From Chthoniobacterales bacterium (GTDB lineage Bacteria; Verrucomicrobiota; Verrucomicrobiia; Chthoniobacterales; Chthoniobacteraceae): a stretch of 64,000 bases of DNA. Below the pieces are notes generated by a model. The model worked only from the letters and a program-made list of their open reading frames with translations, did no database searches and was not told the origin of the DNA. The translations under genes were made by a program, and so were the position numbers. Positions 48,419 through 57,984 of this stretch are shown here, in pieces. The stretch spans positions 1 through 64,000 of the forward strand of contig JBBQZX010000025.1 in NCBI GenBank assembly GCA_038207335.1, written 5' to 3'. How positions within the stretch are numbered: position 1 is the first letter of the stretch; every line of letters begins with the position of its first letter.

Positions 48419-49839
48419 TTCTTTGGAGCGCGATAATTCGAGTTTGGCGTCATCATCTGCGCATCGACGCTGTCGCGCCAAGCGCGCAGCCGCTCGAGCA
48501 TCGCGGCAGCGCGCTTCGGCTCGCGCGCGGCGAGATTTTGCGACTCACCGATGTCTTCCGGCAGATGGTATAGCTCGACGCTTTCGTCCTCGAAATTCTC
48601 GATCAGCTTCCAGTCGCCGAGCCGCATCGCGCCGCCAGGACCGCCGCCTTGATTGCTGTAGTGCGGGTAGTGCCAGAAAAGCGGGCGCTCCGGCATCGTC
48701 TCGCCGCGCAGCAGCGGCGCGAAGCTCACGCCATCGAGATGCTGCTCCGGTCGCGCCGGGAGTCCGCACATTTCCAGAAATGTCGGATAGAAATCCGTCG
48801 AGATGACGGGCGCTGCCGACACGCTTCCGGCCTTCGTCACGCCCGGCCATTTTACGATCAGCGGCTCGCGGATTCCGCCCTCGTAATTCCACCCCTTGCC
48901 CATCCGCAGCGGCAGGTTCGAGGTCGGCGTACCCTCCGCCGTCGAGAGCCCGCCATTGTCCGACATGAACACGACGATCGTGCGATCCGCGAGCTTCAGT
49001 TCGTCGAGTTTTGCAAGCACGCGCCCGACGCTTTCGTCGAGGCTCGCGACCATCGCCGCGTAGATCGGCTTGTCCTGCACCGTGCGCACCTGCCGCCCGT
49101 GATCGCTGATGAATTCAGGCTCCGCGGACGATGGCATCTTCGCGAGCTTCGCCTTGAAGCGCTCGACGAGCTCCGGTTTTGCCTGCTGCGGATTGTGCAC
49201 CGCGTAGTGCGAAAAATAGAGCAGGAACGGCTGCTCGCGCTTCTCCTCGATGAATTTCAGCGCCTCGTCCGTGAGCCGGTCGGTGAGATATTCGCCGGGC
49301 GGCCCATCGGGCAGCGTGGGGATTTTATACGGGCTGAAATACGACGGCGGATGCCCGAGCGAGCAGCCCCCGAGATTGAGATCGAAGCCCTGCTTTTCAG
49401 GAAAAAACTCCGGCCCGCCGAGGTGCCACTTTCCCAAAAAGCCGGTCGCGTAACCGCCAGCCTTCATCGCCTCCGCGACCGTGAATTCCTCCAGCGGCAA
49501 CTCACCGCGGATCACGGGACGCTTGAGCTTTTGAGTCGGTCCATCGGGGCGTCCCGGAAGCCAATCCGTGAGATGCAGCCGAGCCGGATATTTGCCGCTG
49601 AGGATGCTCGCGCGAGTCGGCGAGCAGACGTTGCAAGCTGCATACGCATCCGTGAATCGCACGCCTTGCGCCGCGAGTCGGTCGAGATTCGGCGTCTCGT
49701 AAAACGTGCTGCCATAGCACCCGAGGTCGCGCCAGCCGAGATCGTCGGCAAGGATGAAAATCACATTCGGCGGCTGCTCCGCGGCAGAAGCGGAAAACGT
49801 GATGAGAAGAAGGAGAAGCGTCTTGATGCAGGCTTTCAT
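48415..49839 (-). CDS. Secreted formylglycine-dependent sulfatase
   Basis: Signal peptide, PNVIFILADDLG, CSPTRASILSG, GKWHLG, SDNGG, YEGGIREP. Confidence 0.93.
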   Translation of the reverse strand: MKACIKTLLLLLITFSASAAEQPPNVIFILADDLGWRDLGCYGSTFYETPNLDRLAAQGVRFTDAYAACNVCSPTRASILSGKYPARLHLTDWLPGRPDGPTQKLKRPVIRGELPLEEFTVAEAMKAGGYATGFLGKWHLGGPEFFPEKQGFDLNLGGCSLGHPPSYFSPYKIPTLPDGPPGEYLTDRLTDEALKFIEEKREQPFLLYFSHYAVHNPQQAKPELVERFKAKLAKMPSSAEPEFISDHGRQVRTVQDKPIYAAMVASLDESVGRVLAKLDELKLADRTIVVFMSDNGGLSTAEGTPTSNLPLRMGKGWNYEGGIREPLIVKWPGVTKAGSVSAAPVISTDFYPTFLEMCGLPARPEQHLDGVSFAPLLRGETMPERPLFWHYPHYSNQGGGPGGAMRLGDWKLIENFEDESVELYHLPEDIGESQNLAAREPKRAAAMLERLRAWRDSVDAQMMTPNSNYRAPKK

Positions 49840-50033
49840 GATTGGGCGGGAAAAAGGGGCAGAGGTCTCGCGCATAACACCACGAATCGCTGAAACGCGC
49901 ACCGAATTCCCTCCCCTCCTCAACCAGCCGCTCAGCCCAGCCGAACTCAACGTTGCCCACGCAGCCTTCGAACAATTGCGTGCGGAGTTTGCTTCTTCCC
50001 ATCCGCCCGCGTTCCGCTATTTCTCTGCGCCCC

Positions 50034-50792
50034 ATGCCGAAAGCCGCGCGCTCCGCGAAAAAGTCCCCAAAGGCGAAATTCCGCCGCATCGTTTTGAAGG
50101 TCAGCGGCGAGGCGCTCCGCGAGCCCGGCAGCGGCGACGTCATCTCGCCGCAAATCGTCGGGAGGATCGCGAAACAGATCAAGGAAGTGCACGAAATGGG
50201 CGTCGAGATCGCCATCGTCATCGGCGGCGGAAACATCTGGCGGGGCCTCTCCGCGAGCCATCGCGGCATGGAGCGCACCACCGCGGATTACATGGGAATG
50301 CTCGCGACCGTCATCAACGGCCTCGCCCTTCAAAGCCAGCTCGAGGAGGTCGGCATCGCCACGCGCGTGCAGACCGCGATCCCCGTGCAAAGCGTCGCGG
50401 AGCCCTTCATCCGCCGCCGCGCCATGCGGCATCTGGAGCTCGGTCGAGTCGTAATTTTCGTCGCCGGCACTGGCAACCCGTTCTTTTCCACCGACACCAC
50501 CGCGGCCCTGCGCGCGAGCGAAATCGGCGCGGAGGTGATCCTGAAAGCGACGAAGGTCGATGGAATCTACACGGCCGATCCTTTCAAAAATCCGAAGGCG
50601 AAGAAATACGACCAGATCACCTACAGCGACGCGCTCGACCAACGACTCTCTGTCATGGATTCCACCGCTTTCACCCTCTGCATGGACAACAAAATCCCGA
50701 TCGTCGTCTTCGACATGATGACCGAGGACAACATCAAAAACGTCGTGCTCGGCAAGAAGGTCGGCACGCTTGTGTGCGATACTTCACTTTGA
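50034..50792 (+). CDS. pyrH: UMP kinase
   Basis: [42 protein letters not shown]. Confidence 0.96.
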   Translation: MPKAARSAKKSPKAKFRRIVLKVSGEALREPGSGDVISPQIVGRIAKQIKEVHEMGVEIAIVIGGGNIWRGLSASHRGMERTTADYMGMLATVINGLALQSQLEEVGIATRVQTAIPVQSVAEPFIRRRAMRHLELGRVVIFVAGTGNPFFSTDTTAALRASEIGAEVILKATKVDGIYTADPFKNPKAKKYDQITYSDALDQRLSVMDSTAFTLCMDNKIPIVVFDMMTEDNIKNVVLGKKVGTLVCDTSL

Positions 50793-50795
50793 AAT

Positions 50796-51356
50796 ATGGA
50801 CCCTGACGAAACTCTCCTCGAAACCGAAGCCACGATGGAAAAAGGCTTCGAATACATGGTGCATGAATTTTCCGCCGTGCGCACCGGCAAGGCCTCGCCC
50901 GCGCTCGTGGAAAACATCGACGTCGTGGCTTACGGCTCCGCGATGAAGCTCAAGCAACTCGCGCTCATCACCACGCCTGAGCCGCGGCTGCTCGTCATCC
51001 AGCCGTTCGACGCCTCGACCATGCGCGACATCGAAAAGGCGCTGAAGGAATCCAAGCTCGGGATCAATCCCGCGGTCGATGGGAAAATCATCCGCCTGCC
51101 GATCCCGCAGCTTTCTGAGGAGCGGCGAAAAGACCTGATGAAAGGCATCAAACAAATGGCCGAGGAGGCGCGAGTGCGCATCCGCTCCGCGCGACGCGAC
51201 GGCATCGACGCGCTGAAAAAAGGCGAGAAAGACGGCTCAGTGAGCGAGGACGGACTCGTGAGCTACGAAAAGGAAATTCAGAAACTCACGGACGGCTTCG
51301 TAAAGAAAATCGACGAGTCGTTCGCGGCGAAAGAAGCCGACATCATGAAAGTCTGA
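50796..51356 (+). CDS. frr: Ribosome recycling factor
   Basis: VRTGKASP, LGINP..DG..IRLPIP.LSEERRK; follows pyrH. Confidence 0.96.
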   Translation: MDPDETLLETEATMEKGFEYMVHEFSAVRTGKASPALVENIDVVAYGSAMKLKQLALITTPEPRLLVIQPFDASTMRDIEKALKESKLGINPAVDGKIIRLPIPQLSEERRKDLMKGIKQMAEEARVRIRSARRDGIDALKKGEKDGSVSEDGLVSYEKEIQKLTDGFVKKIDESFAAKEADIMKV

Positions 51357-51359
51357 CGC

Positions 51360-51836
51360 ATGAAAAAGCTGCTCACCCTCGCCTTCACTTTCACTCTCAC
51401 GGCCTCGCTTTTTGCCGAGGTCGTCCATCCCGCCGCAGACTTCACCTTCCCCGGAATCGGCAACCGCAACGCATCGCTGCGCGGCCTCCGCGGGCAGGCC
51501 GTCGTCCTCGTGATGACGGACAAGCCGGAAGCGCGCGCCTTCAAAAAGCAGCTTCGCAATCTCGAAGACATCTACCAGCAATTCGCGAGCAAACAGGTCA
51601 TCTTCGTCGCCGCGCTGCGGAGCGGTGAAGGCCCGATCAAGACCGACATCCCGTTCAGCATCGCGAACAACGGCGCGGCAGTCGCCACCGCGTATGGCTT
51701 CGAGAGAGGCTTCGCAATCGCGATCATCGGCAAGGACGGAAACGTCGATTACCAGACAACGAAGGTCTGCACCGGCGAGCGCGTGCGCGACGTCGTGCAG
51801 AACTCTTTCGCCGTCCAGTCACCGGCCCGGAAGTGA
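51360..51836 (+). CDS. Secreted thioredoxin/peroxiredoxin-like fold protein without CxxC
   Basis: Signal peptide, AADFTF...SLRGLRGQAVVL, IIGKDGNV. Confidence 0.55.
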   Translation: MKKLLTLAFTFTLTASLFAEVVHPAADFTFPGIGNRNASLRGLRGQAVVLVMTDKPEARAFKKQLRNLEDIYQQFASKQVIFVAALRSGEGPIKTDIPFSIANNGAAVATAYGFERGFAIAIIGKDGNVDYQTTKVCTGERVRDVVQNSFAVQSPARK

Positions 51837-52294
51837 GCGCGCCCACGCGCATCGCCGTCATCGCCGACACGCACGACCGGCTCCCGCCACACATCCTTCC
51901 ATCGCTCGCCGATGCCGATGAAATCTGGCATCTCGGCGACGTCTGCTCCCCCGCCCTGCTCGAAAAAATCGCGCAACTCGGCCCTCCCTTGCGCATCGTT
52001 CGCGGAAATTGCGACGACTGCCTCGACTGGTCGCTGACCCTCGATTTTCAACTCGCCGGCCACCGCATCCACCTCGTCCACATTCCGACTCGCACCGCCC
52101 CCGCCGGCTGCGACCTCCTCCTCCACGGCCACACGCACGTCCCTCGCGACGAGATGGTCGGCACCACACGGTTCCTCAACCCCGGCTGCATCACCCGCCC
52201 AAATCTCGGCGCCCCCGCGAGCTACGCCCGGCTGGAGCTGTCGCCCGACACAGCCCCGAAATGGGAGCTGAGACTCGTTCGCCCCGCGTCTTGA
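51833..52294 (+). CDS. YfcE-like metallophosphoesterase
   Basis: IADTH, HLGD, VRGNCD, HGHTH, NPG. Confidence 0.9.
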   Translation: MSAPTRIAVIADTHDRLPPHILPSLADADEIWHLGDVCSPALLEKIAQLGPPLRIVRGNCDDCLDWSLTLDFQLAGHRIHLVHIPTRTAPAGCDLLLHGHTHVPRDEMVGTTRFLNPGCITRPNLGAPASYARLELSPDTAPKWELRLVRPAS

Positions 52295-52342
52295 GACGTA
52301 CGCGCGGCCTTCGTATCAGCGAAAGCCCCGATTTCGACGCGC

Positions 52343-55300
52343 TCAGTTCGACAGCACGCGCAGGCGGATGAATCGTTGGGGCTGCTCAGCGGGGGTGATT
52401 GTGTCGCGCATGAGAATGGTTTCGGTGCCGTCGCCGTTGTTGACGGGTGTGCCGATCATGACCGCTCCGTCGAGGCTCAAGGGGCTTAGGCTCGGGCCGG
52501 CATCGACATGGTATTCAAGATTCAGGGCACTGGTGTTGCGCCGGAACTGCAGCGTGAGAAATGGGCCGTCGGCTCCGTCTTTCACGAAGCTCGTGCTCAT
52601 CGCGCCGGCAGCATCGGCGACGAGCGGATCGAGGCCGTAGGCGAATTCCCAGAAATTTGTGAGGCCGTCGCGATCCGGGTCAGCGCCACTCACTCCGTAG
52701 TCGGGATCGGCGATTTGCGCGGGTGTGAATCGGTAGCTCTGCCAGTTGGAAAAAGTCGTTGGCGGCAGCAAACCCGGGTTGCCGCCGGTGGTGACGGAGG
52801 CGCGCCAGTTTGACGAATCGTCGGCATATCCAAACCAGTTGATCCGCTCAAGCGAGGGGCCGGAGCCGTCTGGCGAAGTGGGCCACGGCGCGGTGTCGTC
52901 GAAAGTCACGGCATCGACATCGACGTAGGCGAGCGGCTGGCCGTTGACCGGCGCGAGAGGCATTTGGACGGCAGTGCGCTCCCCGGCGTTGCTGAGCGTC
53001 CCGGGATAAGAGTAGATCGGAACCGCTGACGGGATGCCGTATTTCATGCGGAAAGCGGCAGGCGTGATCGAGTTCGGGACGAACAAAACGATCTGCCGCG
53101 GCGCGATCGTGATGCTCTGCGGCAGGGTGTAAAATTCATCCGGCGCGACGGTCCCCAAGCCGGCAATACGCCAGGTATTCGCAGGATTTGCAGGGTCGAA
53201 TAGCAGGACGGGCGCACTCGTGATGTTGCACAACTCGAGGAAGTCGTCGTTCGGCGGAGGGTAATTGTACATGATCTCCGTGATCACAATCGGCCCTACT
53301 CGCAGGCCGGCGTTCACCGTGCCAAGCGTCACGGAAGCCAGCGGCAGCCAGCGTGTCGCGCCGCCGACGAGCACGGGGCCTACGCTCACGCCGGGCGACG
53401 CCGGAGCGTATGCGACGATGTTTGAATAGCCGGTGAGATTCCCCGACGCGTCACCGGAATTCAGCGCAACCGTGCCTCCGCTCGCACTGAGTGCGAAGTT
53501 CCCCGGCAAGCCCGGCTGTGCATTGAATGCACTCTCATCGATGACGAGATAGCCCCCTGCCGCGATGATGGTATTCGCCGGAATGCGGAATTTTTTTGGC
53601 GTCGCAGACGTGTCGCTCAGCCACCAATTCCCGCAATCGACTGGCTGCGCCGTGGGATTGAAAATCTCGATCGCATTGACCTGCGGTGCGACGGCAGTGG
53701 CGAGGAATTCGCTAAGGACCAGCGGCGGCGTGGGCGCGGTCGGATCGTCCGCGCCCGGCGAACCGCCGACATTCGCGCTCGCGCGCCAGTACGACGGGTT
53801 GTCGGGATTCGGGTTCGAGTTCGGATTCACCGGCACGAGCGAAAAGCCACTGCCGTCCGGCGTCCCCGGCCACGGCGGCACGCTCGCGGCGGTGCCGTAT
53901 GTCACAGACACGATTACATTTCCTGCGACGTCGCGCAGGATCACAGTCTCGCCGCTGTTCTTGAGACTCGTGTTCGGCCCATAGCTTCCCGCGACCGGCA
54001 CGTTCGGATATTTCGTGGCAAATTGAGCCGCGTTTTTCGCCACTACGGCAAACGCTCCGGGTGCAAGCGTCGCATTCGCCGGGAAGGTAAATGCGATGCC
54101 GTCGGTAAAGCTCCAGCCATTCAGATTCACAGTCGTCGAGCCCGCGTTTTTAAGTTCGATGAATTCAAACTCATCGCCGTCCACGACCGGCTGCGCCTGG
54201 CTCGGCGGATGATACATGATCTCCGTCACGAGCACCTGCACCGCTTGGGTCGCGGTGAAAACCGGATCAACGAGCGGGCTCCATTCGCCGTTGGAGTTGC
54301 GCACGCGCGCCTTGAGTTGAGTCGATTGGCTGATCGGAATCGCGCCGGTGTACTGCGTCCCGGCGATCCCGCCGCCAACCGCGCGCGGGTCGGCGCCGTT
54401 CGTCGTGTAGTAGATCGTTCCCGTGCCGTTCGGATTGCCCATCGTGAGCATGAAATTCGCGCCGACTGTGCCGCCGAATTGGCTAAGTGTCGGCGCCAGC
54501 GTCGCGGGCCAGAGATTTTCGGAAACGAAAAATCCAGTGACGAATCCCCCTCCAGTCGTGTCGTCAGTGAAGCCGGTGAAAAGCGCGGTGCGGCGGCTCG
54601 GGCAGTTCGTAATCGAGCCAGTGGTGCCACCCCCGGAATAAGTGTAGCGCGAAGTCGTCCCCTGCCCGTTCAACCAGATATTCATGAACTGCGAGACGTT
54701 CTGATTGAGCACTTCCGTCATGATCGGCTGCACGCGCGCTGCAAGCGTCGTGAAGAGGCTTTGCAAATTCGCGTCGGTCAGCACGCCGCCGTTGAAGAAA
54801 TGTTTCTGAATGCGATCCGCGAAAAGCAGCCGCCACTCGGGGCTCGCTGCGAGCGTCGTGTAGAGCAGCTTCGCCGGGATCGTTTCGCTGGAAACGCTGC
54901 CGCTGCGGATGTCATTGAAAATCTTGTATGCGGGATTGCGGCTGAATCCGCCGTATCCACCCTCACCATCCCAGACCGAAAAGCGGTAGAGCCCGTTGGT
55001 CGAACGCTCGCGATCCATCACGTAGTTATTGCCCGGCCAGTCAGCCATCGCGGCATGTGCGTTGAGAATGATGTAGTCCGCGATATTCACCACATCGACG
55101 CGCTGCTGTAGCCCCTGATAATCCGTCAGCGAGCCGGTCGCGTGCGTCTTCGCGAAGTTCACGAGCTCGTTGTACGCCAGAGTGTCGCCGTCGGTGATCG
55201 CCGTGATATTGCGCACGTCGAACTTCAAATCGCTGTTCCGCGCCTGCTGAAACCACGGCTCCCGCGGCCGCTCGCAGATGTTGAAGAAGCCCTTGAAAAC

Positions 55301-57898
55301 GCTGTTGATGTAAACATTCACGAACTCGCCGCGCACGGTCACCTGCCCCATCCCGAGCATGAGCCGTCGGCAATATTCGTCGCGGATGAACGGGTTGCTG
55401 ATGTCGTTTTTTCCAGCGCGCAGGCGGATGTTTTCGTACTGCGAAACGGTCGAGCCCGGGACGAGCGGATACTGCAGCGGGCTGCTGCCGACGTCGTTTC
55501 GGAAGAACAGATTGATCTGCGGCTTTTCTGTCGAGCTGACCGACCATCGGCTGCTGTTCGGTGTGGCATTGTTCTGCTGCGCAAGGATATAGCGCTGGCG
55601 CGAATACGGGCTACCGGCGCAACGGATGAACGCGCCATTCCGCAAGTCCGGCGTCGCATCCGTGTGCAAAATCTCGATGCCGATTGGCCGCTCCGCCGGT
55701 TTCCCCGACTGCATCGGCGCGTTGTAGAGTGACGGATTTTCCGCAGTATTTGGCGGCGACAGGGTCGTCGCATCCGGGTGACTGCTCCAGATCGCGCCGG
55801 TGTAATTGACGGGGCCGTTGGCGGCAGTTGTGTTGTTGTTCACGATCGCAAAGACCCCGAACGGCCGGTAAAACGCCTGCGCCGAATCTCCCGTCAGGCA
55901 GAACGCCGGCAAACTCTGCTGCGCCGCCGTCCGTGCGATAAGATACGTATGCGTAACAGTTTGCGACGGCACGTAATTCGTCAGAAACGCGCGCAACCGC
56001 AGCGCCGTGTTCGCACTGAGCGTGAGCGAAGTTGCCGCCGGGCTCGTGGCCGTCGGCTCGCTCCCATCGGTCGTGTAGCGGATCGTCGCGCCCGTCGTCG
56101 CGCAGGTGAAATTCACCGTCGTGCTATTGCTATAAAATCGCCCCGGCACGCTCACCGCGGGCGTCGCCACGACCACGTTGAAGAACGTCCCCGCATTCGC
56201 CGCGCCCGGCGTCGCCGTGTCGCAGTATTTCCAGTTCCCACTCCCATCCCGCGCGTAGCTCTGAAACGTGTACTGCTTCGGATACGCCGGGCTGAGCGCA
56301 CTCACGAGCGCTCCTGCCGGTCCCGTCAGCGCGAGGTAGTCGCCGCTCGCGCTCAGCTTGAAACTCGCGTGCAAAAATCCGCCCGCGACCGGTGCCGTAA
56401 CATCCGCGCCATCGCAGATCACCACGAGGTATCCGCCCGCCGGGATCGTCACATTTGGGAACGACCATTTCAGCGAATTGCCCGGCTTGTCCGTAAGGTG
56501 CCAGCCCGTCAGGTTCACCGGGCTCACGTCGTTGTTGTAGAGTTCGACCCAATCGTTCGCGGAGTCCGGCCCCTCCGGCCCCGACGGGTCTTCTTCGCCT
56601 GTCAGATTCGGCACCGGCTCGCTCACGCCAGCGAGATATTTCCACTGCCCGTTGTTCGATGCGAGCGCAACGCCCGCATTGGTTTGCAGGTCCGCTTTCA
56701 TCAGGAAATCGGCGTTCCCCGCCGTGTAATTATGCGTCTGGATCGCGAGCACATTTGCCCCGCTCACGAGCACTTTCGCAGCGACGTCGATCGTGATCGT
56801 CTCCGTCTGCACGCTCGCGTCGCCATCCGCCACAGCATCGTGCCGCGTGAATGTATTCGGCACCCCGATGCGTCGGCGCGCCACCTCCACGCCATTCAAA
56901 TACGCCACGAAGCCATCGTCGTAACTCACCAGCAGCTTCAGCGGGAGGGTGTCCGCCGCCTGCGTCGTCGTCGCATTGAAAATCACGCGCTGATACAGCG
57001 ACGGCGTCACATTCAGCAGTGCGGCCTGCACATTCGTCCCGATCGTCCCTACCGAGCCAAAGCCAAACGGCCCCCCACCAATTGACCACGCGCTGTCGTC
57101 GAAATTCAGCAGCCCCCACGGCACATTCTGCCGCCCGGAGCCGAGTTGCGCCGGGTCGAATAGATTCCCAGACGGCTCCACAACGCCCGGGAAATATTTC
57201 CACGCGTCGTTGAAATTCACGAGATTCACCACCGGCGCGCCGCTGATTCGAAGGTCCGCTTTTGCGTAAAAATTCGCGTCCGCCGCGTACGCGTTCAGCG
57301 CATGAATCGCGAGCACGTTCGTCCCCGCCACCAGCCGCGCCGATGCCGTGCCGACGCTGATCGTCTCGGTCGTCGTCGTCGTCGGGATCGTCGCCGTGCC
57401 CGAGAAAATCTCTCGATTGTAAGCCGGCTGATCGTGATAAATCAGCTTGTTCGCCGGCCCGCCATTTCGCCGCGCGATCTCGACGCCATTGAGATAGGCC
57501 ACAAAGCCGTCGTTGTAATCTAACACGAGCTGCACCGCATCGGGCCGCGCCGCATCGCCCGCGCTCACCGCAAAGCTCTTCCGCAAATAAACCGTCGGCG
57601 TCAGATACTGCATCGCCGTCTGCAGGTTTGTCGCGATCGCGGTCGGCCCATTCGTCAGAGTCCCGTATCCAAAAGGCCCCTGCCCCGTCTGCCAGCCTGC
57701 ATCGTTGTAAGCAGCCTGATACCAGCGTGGCCCCGTGCCCACCTGCGGCACGCCATTCGCATCCCACTGCAGCAGCCGCTCCGAGGAGTTCGCGACGAGT
57801 TCGTTTAAAATCACATCGGCGTGCGACCGAGCGCCCGCCGCGAGCGACAGCAGGAGACAAAAGCACAAACGAAGCGCAGCGAGGGGGGACACGTGCAT
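52343..57898 (-). CDS. Large secreted CotH kinase-domain protein with lamin-tail and Fn3-associated domains
   Basis: LTD motifs (ILNELVA, DWVELYN, EIMYHP..EFIELKN); RYTTDGSEP; CotH-like DWPGNNY...WDGE; C-terminal DPDRDGLTNFWEFAYGLDP...FIRLRV. Confidence 0.85.
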   Translation of the reverse strand: MHVSPLAALRLCFCLLLSLAAGARSHADVILNELVANSSERLLQWDANGVPQVGTGPRWYQAAYNDAGWQTGQGPFGYGTLTNGPTAIATNLQTAMQYLTPTVYLRKSFAVSAGDAARPDAVQLVLDYNDGFVAYLNGVEIARRNGGPANKLIYHDQPAYNREIFSGTATIPTTTTTETISVGTASARLVAGTNVLAIHALNAYAADANFYAKADLRISGAPVVNLVNFNDAWKYFPGVVEPSGNLFDPAQLGSGRQNVPWGLLNFDDSAWSIGGGPFGFGSVGTIGTNVQAALLNVTPSLYQRVIFNATTTQAADTLPLKLLVSYDDGFVAYLNGVEVARRRIGVPNTFTRHDAVADGDASVQTETITIDVAAKVLVSGANVLAIQTHNYTAGNADFLMKADLQTNAGVALASNNGQWKYLAGVSEPVPNLTGEEDPSGPEGPDSANDWVELYNNDVSPVNLTGWHLTDKPGNSLKWSFPNVTIPAGGYLVVICDGADVTAPVAGGFLHASFKLSASGDYLALTGPAGALVSALSPAYPKQYTFQSYARDGSGNWKYCDTATPGAANAGTFFNVVVATPAVSVPGRFYSNSTTVNFTCATTGATIRYTTDGSEPTATSPAATSLTLSANTALRLRAFLTNYVPSQTVTHTYLIARTAAQQSLPAFCLTGDSAQAFYRPFGVFAIVNNNTTAANGPVNYTGAIWSSHPDATTLSPPNTAENPSLYNAPMQSGKPAERPIGIEILHTDATPDLRNGAFIRCAGSPYSRQRYILAQQNNATPNSSRWSVSSTEKPQINLFFRNDVGSSPLQYPLVPGSTVSQYENIRLRAGKNDISNPFIRDEYCRRLMLGMGQVTVRGEFVNVYINSVFKGFFNICERPREPWFQQARNSDLKFDVRNITAITDGDTLAYNELVNFAKTHATGSLTDYQGLQQRVDVVNIADYIILNAHAAMADWPGNNYVMDRERSTNGLYRFSVWDGEGGYGGFSRNPAYKIFNDIRSGSVSSETIPAKLLYTTLAASPEWRLLFADRIQKHFFNGGVLTDANLQSLFTTLAARVQPIMTEVLNQNVSQFMNIWLNGQGTTSRYTYSGGGTTGSITNCPSRRTALFTGFTDDTTGGGFVTGFFVSENLWPATLAPTLSQFGGTVGANFMLTMGNPNGTGTIYYTTNGADPRAVGGGIAGTQYTGAIPISQSTQLKARVRNSNGEWSPLVDPVFTATQAVQVLVTEIMYHPPSQAQPVVDGDEFEFIELKNAGSTTVNLNGWSFTDGIAFTFPANATLAPGAFAVVAKNAAQFATKYPNVPVAGSYGPNTSLKNSGETVILRDVAGNVIVSVTYGTAASVPPWPGTPDGSGFSLVPVNPNSNPNPDNPSYWRASANVGGSPGADDPTAPTPPLVLSEFLATAVAPQVNAIEIFNPTAQPVDCGNWWLSDTSATPKKFRIPANTIIAAGGYLVIDESAFNAQPGLPGNFALSASGGTVALNSGDASGNLTGYSNIVAYAPASPGVSVGPVLVGGATRWLPLASVTLGTVNAGLRVGPIVITEIMYNYPPPNDDFLELCNITSAPVLLFDPANPANTWRIAGLGTVAPDEFYTLPQSITIAPRQIVLFVPNSITPAAFRMKYGIPSAVPIYSYPGTLSNAGERTAVQMPLAPVNGQPLAYVDVDAVTFDDTAPWPTSPDGSGPSLERINWFGYADDSSNWRASVTTGGNPGLLPPTTFSNWQSYRFTPAQIADPDYGVSGADPDRDGLTNFWEFAYGLDPLVADAAGAMSTSFVKDGADGPFLTLQFRRNTSALNLEYHVDAGPSLSPLSLDGAVMIGTPVNNGDGTETILMRDTITPAEQPQRFIRLRVLSN

Positions 57899-57984
57899 TG
57901 AGCAATTCATCGCGCATTTTGCGCGGAGGGCAACACGCGGGTGCGAAGCCGGAAGATTCCCCGAAAACCGAGGAACTCTCCGAT

